Below are positions 1 to 9,727 of a stretch of 64,000 nt of DNA, piece after piece (the first letter of the stretch is position 1; every line of letters begins with the position of its first letter). This DNA is from Candidatus Spongiisociaceae bacterium (GTDB lineage: Bacteria > Actinomycetota > Acidimicrobiia > Spongiisociales > Spongiisociaceae): assembly GCA_965202665.1 (NCBI GenBank), contig OZ241841.1, positions 1,568,001-1,632,000 on the forward strand, given 5' to 3'. The notes below the pieces were generated by a model. The model ran no database searches. It had not been told where the DNA came from and saw only the letters and a program-made list of their open reading frames with translations. A program made the position numbers and the translations under genes.

Positions 1-193
1 AGTGGCCCGGTTGATGGAAGCGGCGGCCGCGGCGGGGGCCCGCTACGTGTGCTGGTCGGGGGCGGGCCCGTCGGTTCTGGCCTTGGCCCGCCGGGGGGAG
101 GAGAAGCGGGTGGCGGAGGCCGTGTCGGGTTCGGTGTCCGGCCCCGGCGGGCGGGTGCTGATACTGGAACCGGACGCCCACGGCGCCCTCTAG
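1..193 (+). CDS. thrB: Homoserine kinase, C-terminal fragment (truncated by window edge)
   Basis: GHMP kinase C-terminal motif WSGAGPSVLAL; only the last ~63 aa visible. Confidence 0.7.
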   Translation, partial: VARLMEAAAAAGARYVCWSGAGPSVLALARRGEEKRVAEAVSGSVSGPGGRVLILEPDAHGAL

Positions 194-243
194 CCCCGCT
201 TGGCCGGCGGACGCCTATAGAAGCCCGCCGATTCTCCGGGGGG

Positions 244-519
244 TCAGGGTTGAGAGGAGGGGGTGAAAATGGCGGTGATTTCCGGACCGCATTCGGCTTC
301 TACGGCCTCCAGCGCCGAATCGTGCCGGGCGACGTCGGCGAGGATGCCCGCCGCCCGTTCGGGTGTCACCCCTTCGTTGCGCAGCTGCCGGCACGCCTCC
401 CACGCCAGGTAGCGCAGGTCGTCCGGCGACGGCCCCTCTTTGCCGCCGCCGCATCCGGTCGCCAAAACGGCCGCCGCCGCCATCGCCGCCAGGACGCGCC
501 GCCCGCCCGTTCGCGTCAC
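244..519 (-). CDS. Small hypothetical lipoprotein
   Basis: GTG start overlapping the clpB stop; [17 protein letters not shown] lipobox-type signal peptide. Confidence 0.6.
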   Translation of the reverse strand: MTRTGGRRVLAAMAAAAVLATGCGGGKEGPSPDDLRYLAWEACRQLRNEGVTPERAAGILADVARHDSALEAVEAECGPEITAIFTPSSQP

Positions 520-3092
520 GGCTTGGAGAAAGCGGGCCGCCCGTCTTCCATGGTCACTTGCACGGCGTCCCCGGCCGTGAATCGGCCTTCTAGGAGGGCC
601 AAGGCCAGCGGGTCGGTCACCGTCCGTTGCAGGAGCCTTTTCAAAGGGCGGGCTCCGTAGGCCGGGTCGTAACCTTCTTCGGCCAGCCATCGGGCCGCCT
701 CCGGGGTCAACTCCAAGTTGATGTCCCGTTGTCCGGCCGCCCGTTCCGCCACCCGCCGGAACTGCAACTCCACGATGCGGGCCAAGTCGTCCCGGGCCAA
801 GCGGGAGAACACGATTATGTCATCGATCCGGTTCAGGAACTCAGGCCGGAAGCGGGCTTTGACCACGTCCATCACCCGGTTGCGCACCGTTTCCTCCGGC
901 AAGTCGGGGGTGATCATCTCCGACCCCAGGTTGGAGGTCATTATCAGCGCCGCGTTGGTGAAATCGACGGTTCGCCCCTGTCCGTCGGTGAGCCTTCCGT
1001 CGTCCAACACCTGCAACAGCGCCCCGAACACATCCGGATGGGCTTTCTCCACTTCGTCCAGCAGCACCACCGAATAGGGCCGCCTCCGCACCGCTTCCGT
1101 CAGCTGCCCCCCTTCGTCGTATCCCACATAGCCGGGCGGGGCCCCCACCAGCCGCGACACCGAATGTTTCTCCATGTATTCGGACATGTCGATCCGCACC
1201 ATGGCCCGCTCGTCGTCGAACATCAATTCGGCCAAAGCCTTGGCCAACTCGGTTTTGCCGACTCCGGTCGGCCCCAAAAACAGGAACGACCCGATGGGGC
1301 GGTGCGGGTCGGCCAAACCGGACCGGCTGCGGCGCAGGGCGTTGGCTACCGCCGCCACCGCCTCCCTCTGCCCGATCACCCGCCGGTGCAGATGATCTTC
1401 CAGCCGGATCAACTTGGCCGTTTCGCTTTCCATCAAACTGCTTAGGGGGATTCCCGTCCAGCGGCTCACCACCTCCGCCACATCCTCCTCCCCCACCTCT
1501 TCGGAGAGCATGGTGGATTCCGACTGGATGCGGGCCAGGGCTTCTTCCCCGGCGGCCAACTCTTTCCCCAGCTGCGGCAACAGGCCGTACTGGATTTCCG
1601 CCGCCCGTTGCAGATCCGCCCCCCGGGTGGCCCGCTCCGCTTCCCCTTTGGCGTCTTCGATCCGTTGTTTGACGGCGCGGATCTCCTCGATTTGGTCTTT
1701 TTCGGAACGCCATTGGGCGGTGAGACGGTCCAGTTCTTCGCCCAAATCGGCCAGTTCGCTTTCCACCGCCGCCAGCCGATTCCGGGAGGGGTCGTCGGTT
1801 TCCTTGCCCAACGCGTTGCGTTCAATCTCCAACTGCCGCTGGCGGCGGGCCAGGGCGTCGATTTCCTCCGGCATGGAGTCGATTTGGATTCGCAACCGGG
1901 AGGCGGACTCGTCGATTAGGTCGATGGCCTTGTCGGGCAGGCGGCGGGAAGTGATGTAGCGGTCGGACAGGACGGCGGCCGCCACCAGCGCCCCGTCGGT
2001 GATGCGCACCCCGTGATGCACCTCGTACCGTTCTTTCAGGCCGCGCAGGATGCCCACCGTGTCGTCAATGCCCGGTTGTTCCACCAGCACCGGCTGGAAC
2101 CGGCGCTCCAAAGCGGCGTCGGACTCCACGTATTTGCGGTATTCGTCCAAAGTGGTGGCCCCGATCATGCGCAACTCCCCCCGGGCCAGCAACGGCTTCA
2201 ACATGTTGGAGGCGTCCATGGAACCTTCCGCGGCCCCCGCTCCCACCAAGGTGTGCATTTCGTCGATGAAGGTGATGATTTCCCCTTCGGCGTCGGTAAT
2301 TTCATCCAAAGAGGCTTTCAGGCGCTCCTCGAATTCGCCCCGGTATTTGGCCCCGGCCACCATCGCTCCCAAATCCAAGGCCACGATGCGCTTGGTTTTC
2401 AACCCTTGCGGAACATCGCCGTCCAAAATGCGCAGGGCCAACCCTTCGGCGATGGCCGTTTTGCCCACCCCCGGCTCGCCGATCAGCACCGGATTGTTTT
2501 TGGTGCGGCGGCTCAGCACCTGGATCACCCGTCTGATTTCCTCATCCCGGCCGATCACCGGGTCCAGCTTGCCGTCCCGGGCCAGCTCCACCAGATCCCG
2601 TCCGTATTTGGCCAGCGCGTCCCAAGTGGCCTCCGGATTGTCGGTGGTTATCTTGCGGGATCCGCGGATGGCCCGCACCGCCTCCCGGATGCCCTCCCGG
2701 GTGACCCCGGCGTCGCGCAAGGCCTCCCCGGCCCCGGTGGGGGAGGCGGCGATGGCCGACAGGAGATGCTCCACCGAGATGTAGGAGTCCCCGGCGGCGG
2801 TCATTTCCGCCTCGGCGTCCCGCAACACCGACAGGGCGCTTTGGGAAAAGCCGGCTTCGGCGGCCCCGTAGGCTTTGGGCAGGCGTTCGATCAGGTTACC
2901 GGCGGCGGCTTGCAGGGCGGCGGGTTGCGCCCCCAGTTTGGCCGCCAGCGGCAGGGCCACCGTGTCCGGCTGCCCCAGCAGGGCGACCAACAGGTGGGCC
3001 GGCTCCGTCTCCGGATTGTTGTTCTCCCCGGCCAGCCGCAACGCATCCGAGATCGCCTGTTGCGATTTTTGCGTGAAACGATTTATGTCCAT
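516..3092 (-). CDS. clpB: ATP-dependent chaperone ClpB
   Basis: 858 aa; two AAA+ modules ([16 protein letters not shown]), coiled-coil middle domain, GAPPGYVGY. Confidence 0.98.
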   Translation of the reverse strand: MDINRFTQKSQQAISDALRLAGENNNPETEPAHLLVALLGQPDTVALPLAAKLGAQPAALQAAAGNLIERLPKAYGAAEAGFSQSALSVLRDAEAEMTAAGDSYISVEHLLSAIAASPTGAGEALRDAGVTREGIREAVRAIRGSRKITTDNPEATWDALAKYGRDLVELARDGKLDPVIGRDEEIRRVIQVLSRRTKNNPVLIGEPGVGKTAIAEGLALRILDGDVPQGLKTKRIVALDLGAMVAGAKYRGEFEERLKASLDEITDAEGEIITFIDEMHTLVGAGAAEGSMDASNMLKPLLARGELRMIGATTLDEYRKYVESDAALERRFQPVLVEQPGIDDTVGILRGLKERYEVHHGVRITDGALVAAAVLSDRYITSRRLPDKAIDLIDESASRLRIQIDSMPEEIDALARRQRQLEIERNALGKETDDPSRNRLAAVESELADLGEELDRLTAQWRSEKDQIEEIRAVKQRIEDAKGEAERATRGADLQRAAEIQYGLLPQLGKELAAGEEALARIQSESTMLSEEVGEEDVAEVVSRWTGIPLSSLMESETAKLIRLEDHLHRRVIGQREAVAAVANALRRSRSGLADPHRPIGSFLFLGPTGVGKTELAKALAELMFDDERAMVRIDMSEYMEKHSVSRLVGAPPGYVGYDEGGQLTEAVRRRPYSVVLLDEVEKAHPDVFGALLQVLDDGRLTDGQGRTVDFTNAALIMTSNLGSEMITPDLPEETVRNRVMDVVKARFRPEFLNRIDDIIVFSRLARDDLARIVELQFRRVAERAAGQRDINLELTPEAARWLAEEGYDPAYGARPLKRLLQRTVTDPLALALLEGRFTAGDAVQVTMEDGRPAFSKP

Positions 3093-3263
3093 GGTTCGGT
3101 TTCCTTGCTTTCCCGTTGTTCCGGCATTCCCACCGGCCTTATATATTGTATAACCGGAAAAGCCGGGAAAATATGCCCGAAAATCTAAGTCGGGTCATAT
3201 AAGATTATAGGCGGGCCGAACGACCGGACGGCATCCGGTCGCCGGACGGGGTAGGATGCTCCC

Positions 3264-3881
3264 ATGAGCTGGACTTTTGACAACGGGACCATCCTGGTCA
3301 AGGCCGCCCTGCTGGGGGGTTTCGCCAACAACGTCTTCGTGGTGGCCTGCGCCCAAACCGGGCGGGGGGTGATCATCGACGCCGCCGCCGAACCGGATCG
3401 CATACTGGAGTTGGCCGACGGGACCGACATTGGGGCGGTGCTCACCACCCACGGCCATCCCGACCATCTACAGGCTCTGGACGCGGTGCTGGAAAGCCTG
3501 CGGGTCCCCTTTCTGTTGCATCCGGCCGACGACCGGTTGGCGGCCCGCACCGTCTCCGCCGTTCCCGACCCGCTGGCCGACGGGCAGGCGATAGAAATCG
3601 GGGAGACCAGCCTTTTGACCATGCACACCCCGGGGCACACCCCTGGTTCCGTATGCTTCCTCAGCCCGGGGGTGCTGTTCAGCGGGGACACCCTGTTTCC
3701 GGGCGGGCCGGGGGCCACCAGTTACGAGGGCGGCGACTTCGATCTGATTATCAAAACCATCAAAGAACGGCTTTTCACGTTGGACGACTCCACCGAGGTT
3801 TATCCCGGCCACGGCCCCGCCGCCACCACCATCGGCAAAGAGAAACCGGACCTGCCGGAGTGGATTAGACGGGGCTGGTGA
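3264..3881 (+). CDS. MBL-fold metallo-hydrolase (glyoxalase II-like)
   Basis: THGHPDH, HTPGHT, SGDTLF, PGHG motifs. Confidence 0.92.
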   Translation: MSWTFDNGTILVKAALLGGFANNVFVVACAQTGRGVIIDAAAEPDRILELADGTDIGAVLTTHGHPDHLQALDAVLESLRVPFLLHPADDRLAARTVSAVPDPLADGQAIEIGETSLLTMHTPGHTPGSVCFLSPGVLFSGDTLFPGGPGATSYEGGDFDLIIKTIKERLFTLDDSTEVYPGHGPAATTIGKEKPDLPEWIRRGW

Positions 3882-4062
3882 AGCGGTCCGGGCGGGGCGT
3901 CCGGCCCGTCGCCCGTGGTAGGATGGGGGCTGGCCGGCGGCGGTAGGCGCGACCCACACGGGCGGGCAGGCCGCGTTGCCGACACGAATAAAACCTTGTT
4001 GCCCGTTCCGGCTCCGGCCGGAGGGCGTCCCCCAACCGGACAGGTGGGGAGAAAAGGAGTGG

Positions 4063-4974
4063 ATGATGTCCGATTCGCAGTCCGTTCCGGGCCGGGATCG
4101 CCGCCCGGCGACCGTCCCTGAAATACGCTCCCGCAAGCGGCGGGACGACCGCCACTCCCAGCCTTTGACAATGGTGACCGCCTACGACTACCCCAGCGCG
4201 CAGACGGCGGACCGGGCCGGGGTGGACATGATCCTGGTGGGCGATTCGCTGGCCAACGTGATACTGGGCTTCGAAACCACCAACGCGGTGACCGTCGACG
4301 ACATGGTGCGTCACACGGCGGCGGTTTCCCGGGCCCGTCCCCGGGCCTTGGTGGTGGGGGACATGCCGTGGATGAGTTTTCACGTAAGTCGGGAGGACAC
4401 CCTGGGCAACGCCGCCCGTTTGATACGGGAAGGGGGGGCGGAGGCGGTGAAATTGGAGGGAGGGGCGGAACGGACGGAGATGATAGAAGCCCTCCTTTCC
4501 GCCGAGATTCCGGTGATGGGCCACATTGGCTTGACCCCGCAGTCGGTGCACGCCACCGGCGGTTACAAGGTGGCGGGCCGGGGGTTGGAGGACGCCCGGC
4601 GCCTGATCGGGGAAGCCCGGGCCTTGGAGGAGGCGGGGGTGTTCGCCATGGTGTTGGAAGGGGTTCCCGCCACTTTGGCCAAGGTCATCACCGAACGGTC
4701 GTCGGTTCCCACCATCGGCATCGGGGCCGGGCCGCACACCGACGGGCAGGTGCTGGTGTATCACGACCTGCTGGGCCTCCACTTCGGGCGTTATCCCAAG
4801 TTCGTCCGCAAATACGCCGACCTGGCCGGGACGGCGGTGGCCGCCATTGAAAACTGGATGGCCGATGTCCGCTCCGGCGATTTCCCCGCCCCCGACGAGT
4901 CCTACCACATGATCGAAGAGGCGGCCCACCTCCTCTTAGAGGAACAATCCGGCCCCCTCACCCGCCTCGCCTAA
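4063..4974 (+). CDS. panB: 3-methyl-2-oxobutanoate hydroxymethyltransferase
   Basis: MVTAYD, LVGDSL, VKLEGG, GHIGLTPQ, GIGAG; start placed after AAGGAG. Confidence 0.96.
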   Translation: MMSDSQSVPGRDRRPATVPEIRSRKRRDDRHSQPLTMVTAYDYPSAQTADRAGVDMILVGDSLANVILGFETTNAVTVDDMVRHTAAVSRARPRALVVGDMPWMSFHVSREDTLGNAARLIREGGAEAVKLEGGAERTEMIEALLSAEIPVMGHIGLTPQSVHATGGYKVAGRGLEDARRLIGEARALEEAGVFAMVLEGVPATLAKVITERSSVPTIGIGAGPHTDGQVLVYHDLLGLHFGRYPKFVRKYADLAGTAVAAIENWMADVRSGDFPAPDESYHMIEEAAHLLLEEQSGPLTRLA

Positions 4975-5066
4975 ACCTTAAAGCCAGGAAAGCGGAAAAC
5001 CCCACACGCAGAGGTCGCCTGCATTCTTTATTCCCGGGCGGAGGCGTCCGCTATAGCTGGCGTAAC

Positions 5067-5687
5067 TCAAAACTGGTCCCAATCTGACTCTTCCGAGTAT
5101 TCCCAATCTTCTTCCGCTACCCACTCCCAGGCCCGCCGGGGGATGTCCCAATCTGATTCTTCCGAGTGTTCCCAATCTCCCAGAGGCGAATAGAGTTCGA
5201 GCTCATCTAAGTAGCCCGCTATGCGCGCCTTCGATTTTTTGGCCTTGGCCAGTGCTACTTTCATTTTGGCAACAAGGGTCGGCACTTCGAAGCTGGCGGC
5301 GCGCGCCATCATCTCAAAGTTATGTCGCAAGCCCTGTTCGGTGAGGTTGGCGGATCCGACCAACGCAACGTATCCATCGGGTTGCTTGACAATCCAAGCC
5401 TTGGCGTGGGCGATAGCCTCCCTGCCTGGAGTTTTTTTGCTGTACCAGGTTTTAACTGTCACGTCGTTGCGACTGAGAAATTCCAAAGCGGTCATCCGGT
5501 CGGACTCGGCGGCTTTGGCGAATCGTTTTTTTCTGGCATCGCCGGTCAACAAAGTCACCGGCCGGTCGAAAGTAAGCTCATGCAACCAGGCCAAACCCCA
5601 GACGCTGGCGTATCCGGTTAAGACGTACAGGTGTCCCTGCGGATTCTCATCCAGGAATTCGATAATGCGCTGTTCGGCGTCGAGTAT
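5067..5687 (-). CDS. Phospholipase D-superfamily nuclease-like protein with Trp/acidic C-terminal repeat
   Basis: TGYAS...HAKAW...GSANLT...NFE motif series; frame stays open upstream of the track's TTG (5594) to an ATA at 5687 behind GGAGAAAGG; lower GC than neighbours. Confidence 0.7.
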   Translation of the reverse strand: MLDAEQRIIEFLDENPQGHLYVLTGYASVWGLAWLHELTFDRPVTLLTGDARKKRFAKAAESDRMTALEFLSRNDVTVKTWYSKKTPGREAIAHAKAWIVKQPDGYVALVGSANLTEQGLRHNFEMMARAASFEVPTLVAKMKVALAKAKKSKARIAGYLDELELYSPLGDWEHSEESDWDIPRRAWEWVAEEDWEYSEESDWDQF

Positions 5688-5724
5688 GGCGGCCCTTTCT
5701 CCGATTGCGATAACGAGCGTTGGG

Positions 5725-6498
5725 TTAGTGGGCGGTCCAGCCTCCGTCTACGGTTAGCACGGAGCCGGTGATGTAGCTGGCGGCGTCGGAGGCGAGGAAC
5801 AGGGCCGCTCCTTGGATTTCCCGCAACTCCCCCCACCGTTTCAGGGCCACCTCCTGGTTGATGACCCGTACCGCGTGCGGACTGTGCTGATGGTCCACGT
5901 TGAGGGGGGTTAGGAACGGGCCGGGGGCGATGGCATTGACCATAACGCCGTCGTCGGCCCATTCCATGGCCAAAGCCCGGGTGAGTTGGGTGATGGCCCC
6001 TTTGCTGGAGGTGTAGGCGGTGCGGTCGGCCGTCCCCACCAGCCCGAAGGTGGAGGAAATGTTGATGACCCGCCCCCGTCCGGATTTTCCGAGGTGGGGG
6101 GCGGCGGCCTTGCACATCGCCCACGCTCCGGTCACATTGACCGAAAGGGAACGTTCAAAGTCGGCCCGGCTGACCTGGTCGATGGAGCCGCGCACGATGA
6201 TGCCCGCGTTGTTGACCAGAATATCGATTCCGCCCAACTCGTCTACGGTTCGGGCGACCACCCGGGACACATCCTCATCGACGCTTACGTCGCCCGGCGC
6301 GGCGATGACTTTCCCGCCGGTGGTTTCCCCCATGCGCCGGGCGGCATCGGCCAAGTTCTGCGGGTTGCGGCTCATCAGGGCCACCGACGCCCCCGCCCAG
6401 GACAGGGCTTCGGCCATCGCCTCCCCCAACCCTTGCGATCCGCCGGTCACCAAAGCCACCCGCCCCCGCAGTTGAAACATTTCCAGAGGATTGTCCAT
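5725..6498 (-). CDS. SDR family oxidoreductase
   Basis: TGGSQGLG, NNAG, YTSSK, VDGG motifs; exact start uncertain. Confidence 0.93.
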   Translation of the reverse strand: MDNPLEMFQLRGRVALVTGGSQGLGEAMAEALSWAGASVALMSRNPQNLADAARRMGETTGGKVIAAPGDVSVDEDVSRVVARTVDELGGIDILVNNAGIIVRGSIDQVSRADFERSLSVNVTGAWAMCKAAAPHLGKSGRGRVINISSTFGLVGTADRTAYTSSKGAITQLTRALAMEWADDGVMVNAIAPGPFLTPLNVDHQHSPHAVRVINQEVALKRWGELREIQGAALFLASDAASYITGSVLTVDGGWTAH

Positions 6499-6557
6499 CC
6501 CGCCTTCCGGTAGCTGATTCCCCAACCATACCCGCCGCCCGCGTTACAGTTTGGCCG

Positions 6558-7448
6558 ATGGCAGTCCGACAAGTTTCCGAAATCTTCGATCCCTCCGCCT
6601 GGCGGGAAGTGGAAGGGTTCGAGCTCGCCGACCTCACCTACCACCGGGCGACGGGGCAGGGAACGGTGCGCATCGCCTTCGACCGGCCGGAGGTGCGCAA
6701 CGCCTTCCGCCCGCAAACGGTGGACGAGTTGATCGCCGCCCTGCAACACGCCTACCAGCAAGCCGATGTGGGGGTGGTGCTGCTCACCGGCAACGGCCCC
6801 TCCCCCAAGGACGGGGGGTGGGCTTTCTGCTCCGGCGGCGACCAGCGCATCCGGGGCGCCGACGGCTACCAGTACCAGGACGGGTCCGCCGGCCCCGGCC
6901 GCCTGCATGTGATGGAAGCCCAGCGGCTCATCCGGTTTATGCCGAAGGTGGTAATAGCGGTGGTGCCCGGTTGGGCGGTGGGCGGCGGACACAGCCTGCA
7001 CGTGGTGTGCGATTTGACTTTGGCCTCCCGCCAGCACGCCGTTTTCAAACAGACCGACGCCGACGTGGCCAGTTTCGACGCCGGATACGGTTCCGCCTAC
7101 CTGACCCGGCAGATCGGCCAGAAGCGGGCCCGGGAAATCTTCTTTCGGGGGGCGGACCATTCGGCGGAGGAGGCGCACCGGATGGGGATGGTCAACGCGG
7201 TGGCGGAGCACGCCGATTTGGAAACCACCGCTTTGGAGTGGGCCCGGGAAATAAACAGCAAAAGCCCGATGTCCATCCGCATGTTGAAATACGCCTTCAA
7301 TCTCATCGACGACGGGTTGGTCGGCCAGCAGCTGTTCGCAGCCGAAGCCACCCGCCTGGGCTACATGACCGATGAAGCCCGGGAAGGCCGCGACGCCTTT
7401 GTGGAAAAACGGCCCCGGGATTTCACCCGTTTCCCCTGGCATTACTGA
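6558..7448 (+). CDS. menB: 1,4-dihydroxy-2-naphthoyl-CoA synthase
   Basis: RPEVRNAFRP, FCSGGDQ, GGGHSLHVVCDL, FKQTDADVASFD. Confidence 0.97.
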   Translation: MAVRQVSEIFDPSAWREVEGFELADLTYHRATGQGTVRIAFDRPEVRNAFRPQTVDELIAALQHAYQQADVGVVLLTGNGPSPKDGGWAFCSGGDQRIRGADGYQYQDGSAGPGRLHVMEAQRLIRFMPKVVIAVVPGWAVGGGHSLHVVCDLTLASRQHAVFKQTDADVASFDAGYGSAYLTRQIGQKRAREIFFRGADHSAEEAHRMGMVNAVAEHADLETTALEWAREINSKSPMSIRMLKYAFNLIDDGLVGQQLFAAEATRLGYMTDEAREGRDAFVEKRPRDFTRFPWHY

Positions 7449-7513
7449 CCAGCCGCCAGCGCCAAACCATTCGGGTTTCCGCTATGAGAGTTAGTACTCC
7501 TAGAGTGGGAGCT

Positions 7514-8308
7514 ATGACGGATGTTTCACCGATTTCCCCGCCGCCGGTTCCGACCGCCCCGGATGCGCCGACCGGTCCCGTCTTGCGGGTGGAGCAGGCG
7601 GCGGCGGAGGCGGGGGTGGGAGTGGACACCATCCGTTATTACCAGGGGATGGGGCTGTTGCCCCCGGTGGGACGGGATGGGCGCAACGCCCTATACGGGC
7701 CGGAGCATCTCACCAGGTTGCGCACCATCCGCGCCTTGGCCGACGATGGTTTCACCCTCGCCCAGATCAAACGGCTGTTGGCCGAAGCCGGCGACCCGTT
7801 GCTGGTCTCCCTGGTGGGGGGGGCGGACGGGCTGAGCCGGGACGAGTTGGCCGAACTTTCCGGCCTGGATCGGGAAATGGTGGACCTGGCCGCCTCCGCC
7901 GGCCTGATCCAACGGTTGGGCGGCCCGGATCAAACCGACGAAAGATTCGCCCCCGAAGCCGCCCCCATGCTGGCCGCGGGCCGCACTTTGCTGGAAGCCG
8001 GTTTTCCGATGCACCGTTTGGCCGCCCTGGCCGCCCGTCACGCCACCGGGGTGGAAGAGGTGGTGGACGAAGCGATTGACCTTTTCGCCGAATACGTGCG
8101 CCCCGGGCAGTCCGACCACCCGGATGAGTTGGCCCGCCTGTTCCGCACTCTGGCGGCCATGGTCGCCCGGTTGGTGGCCCAGCATTTTCAGCAGACGGTG
8201 TTCAACCGGACGCGGGAACGTCTGGCCGAATCCGATGACCGGGCCCTGATTGGAGCCTTGGAGGAGGCGGGACGGCGCAATCTGGTCATAACCGCCGAAT
8301 GGCGGTAG
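7514..8308 (+). CDS. MerR family transcriptional regulator
   Basis: N-terminal HTH (VDTIRYYQGMGLL...GFTLAQI) plus a second degenerate HTH. Confidence 0.88.
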   Translation: MTDVSPISPPPVPTAPDAPTGPVLRVEQAAAEAGVGVDTIRYYQGMGLLPPVGRDGRNALYGPEHLTRLRTIRALADDGFTLAQIKRLLAEAGDPLLVSLVGGADGLSRDELAELSGLDREMVDLAASAGLIQRLGGPDQTDERFAPEAAPMLAAGRTLLEAGFPMHRLAALAARHATGVEEVVDEAIDLFAEYVRPGQSDHPDELARLFRTLAAMVARLVAQHFQQTVFNRTRERLAESDDRALIGALEEAGRRNLVITAEWR

Positions 8309-8318
8309 CGCGGCGGCG

Positions 8319-9707
8319 ATGAACCGGCGGGCCCGCCTGGCGGAGCGGTTGGCGGAGGCGGAAGCGCGGGCCGGGGCGTTGGGGCGGTCCGCCTTTTTCA
8401 CCTTGGCCGTTCCCGCCGGGGATAGGGCGGATCCCTTGGCGGCGGCGGTCGGCTCGGAGGCCCCTTTCGCTTTCTGGGAGCAACCGGCCCGCGGGATTTC
8501 GTTCGCCGCTTTGGGTTCCGCCCATTCCCTCCTCGTCTCCGGAGGGGCCGATCGGTTCACCGCTATGTCAAACGCCCTGCGGGAGTTGCGGGCCCGCACC
8601 TTGCATCAGTCGTGGGACGGGGCCGACCGGACCCCCCTTTTGATAGGAGGGTTTTCCTTCGCCGGCGACTCCGGTTGGCCGGGCTTTCCCGCCGGGCGGC
8701 TGACCTTGCCCGCGCTGGCCCTCATCCGCCGTCCGTCCGGGACGGCCTGGGTGGCGGCGGCGCGGGTTCGCCGGGGGGATGACCCGCATCGGTTGGCCGA
8801 CTCCCTCATGGAGCGGGTGGAGCGGGCCGACGCCCGTCCCCCGCCCGTCCCCCGCCCTGCCGCCCCCGACCTTCGGGCGGCGGCGGAGGCGGACCTGTCG
8901 GATCCCCTTTTCAGGGAGACGGCGCAAGCGGCCGTCGAAGAGACAATCAACGGCGGCCTGTCCAAAGTGGTTCCCGCCCGCCGTCTGACGGTGGAAAGAC
9001 GCCCCGACCCGGGCCCCTTCCTGGCCGCCCTGCGGGAACATTTCACCGAATGCGCCATCTTTGCCTTCGCCGCCCCGGAAGGTGTTTTCTGCGGGGCCAC
9101 CCCGGAACTTTTGGCCCGGGTGGAGGGAGTGTCGGTGTCCACCGCGGCGTTGGCGGGCACCGCTCGGCGCGGGGCGGACGCCGCGCAGGATGAAAACATC
9201 GCCCGATGGCTGCGCGGCGACCCCAAGCAGGCCGAGGAGCACGATTACGTGCATTCGGAGATACGCCGCCGTCTGCAACAGGGCGGTTTCGCAGTGGACC
9301 CCCCGGCGCCGACCGAGGTGATGCGGTTGCCCGGACTGCAGCATCTGCGCACCCCGGTCACCGCCGCCGCCCCGGTGGGAACCAACGTCTTGGACGTGAC
9401 CGGGGCCCTGCATCCCACCCCGGCCGTGGCCGGCCTTCCCACCGGGGAGGCTTTGGAATGGTTGCGGGCGCATGAGGGATTCGACCGAGGATGGTTCGCC
9501 GGTCCGGTCGGGTTCTGCGATCTGGCCGGGCAGGGCGAGTTTCACGCCGCGTTGCGGTGCGCCCTGTTGCGCCGGACTGATTGCGACCTGTTCGCCGGGG
9601 CGGGGGTGGTGGCCGCCTCCGTTCCCGAGCGGGAACTGGAGGAAACCGAACTGAAACTGCGGGCGTTGCTCCCCTGGGCGCTGGGCTCGGAACCGGCGCC
9701 GCCGTAA
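8319..9707 (+). CDS. menF: Isochorismate synthase
   Basis: KVVPAR, GATPELL, ALAGT, LHPTPAV, FAGAGVV; men gene context. Confidence 0.92.
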   Translation: MNRRARLAERLAEAEARAGALGRSAFFTLAVPAGDRADPLAAAVGSEAPFAFWEQPARGISFAALGSAHSLLVSGGADRFTAMSNALRELRARTLHQSWDGADRTPLLIGGFSFAGDSGWPGFPAGRLTLPALALIRRPSGTAWVAAARVRRGDDPHRLADSLMERVERADARPPPVPRPAAPDLRAAAEADLSDPLFRETAQAAVEETINGGLSKVVPARRLTVERRPDPGPFLAALREHFTECAIFAFAAPEGVFCGATPELLARVEGVSVSTAALAGTARRGADAAQDENIARWLRGDPKQAEEHDYVHSEIRRRLQQGGFAVDPPAPTEVMRLPGLQHLRTPVTAAAPVGTNVLDVTGALHPTPAVAGLPTGEALEWLRAHEGFDRGWFAGPVGFCDLAGQGEFHAALRCALLRRTDCDLFAGAGVVAASVPERELEETELKLRALLPWALGSEPAPP

Positions 9708-9727
9708 AGGGGGTGGGAGGTGTTGAT

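Noticed and set aside
3182-3206. Possible HspR (HAIR) operator upstream of clpB (AATCTAAGTCGGGTCATATAAGATT)
   Set aside because: Only about 4/7 match per half-site with altered spacing; plausible by context but not supportable
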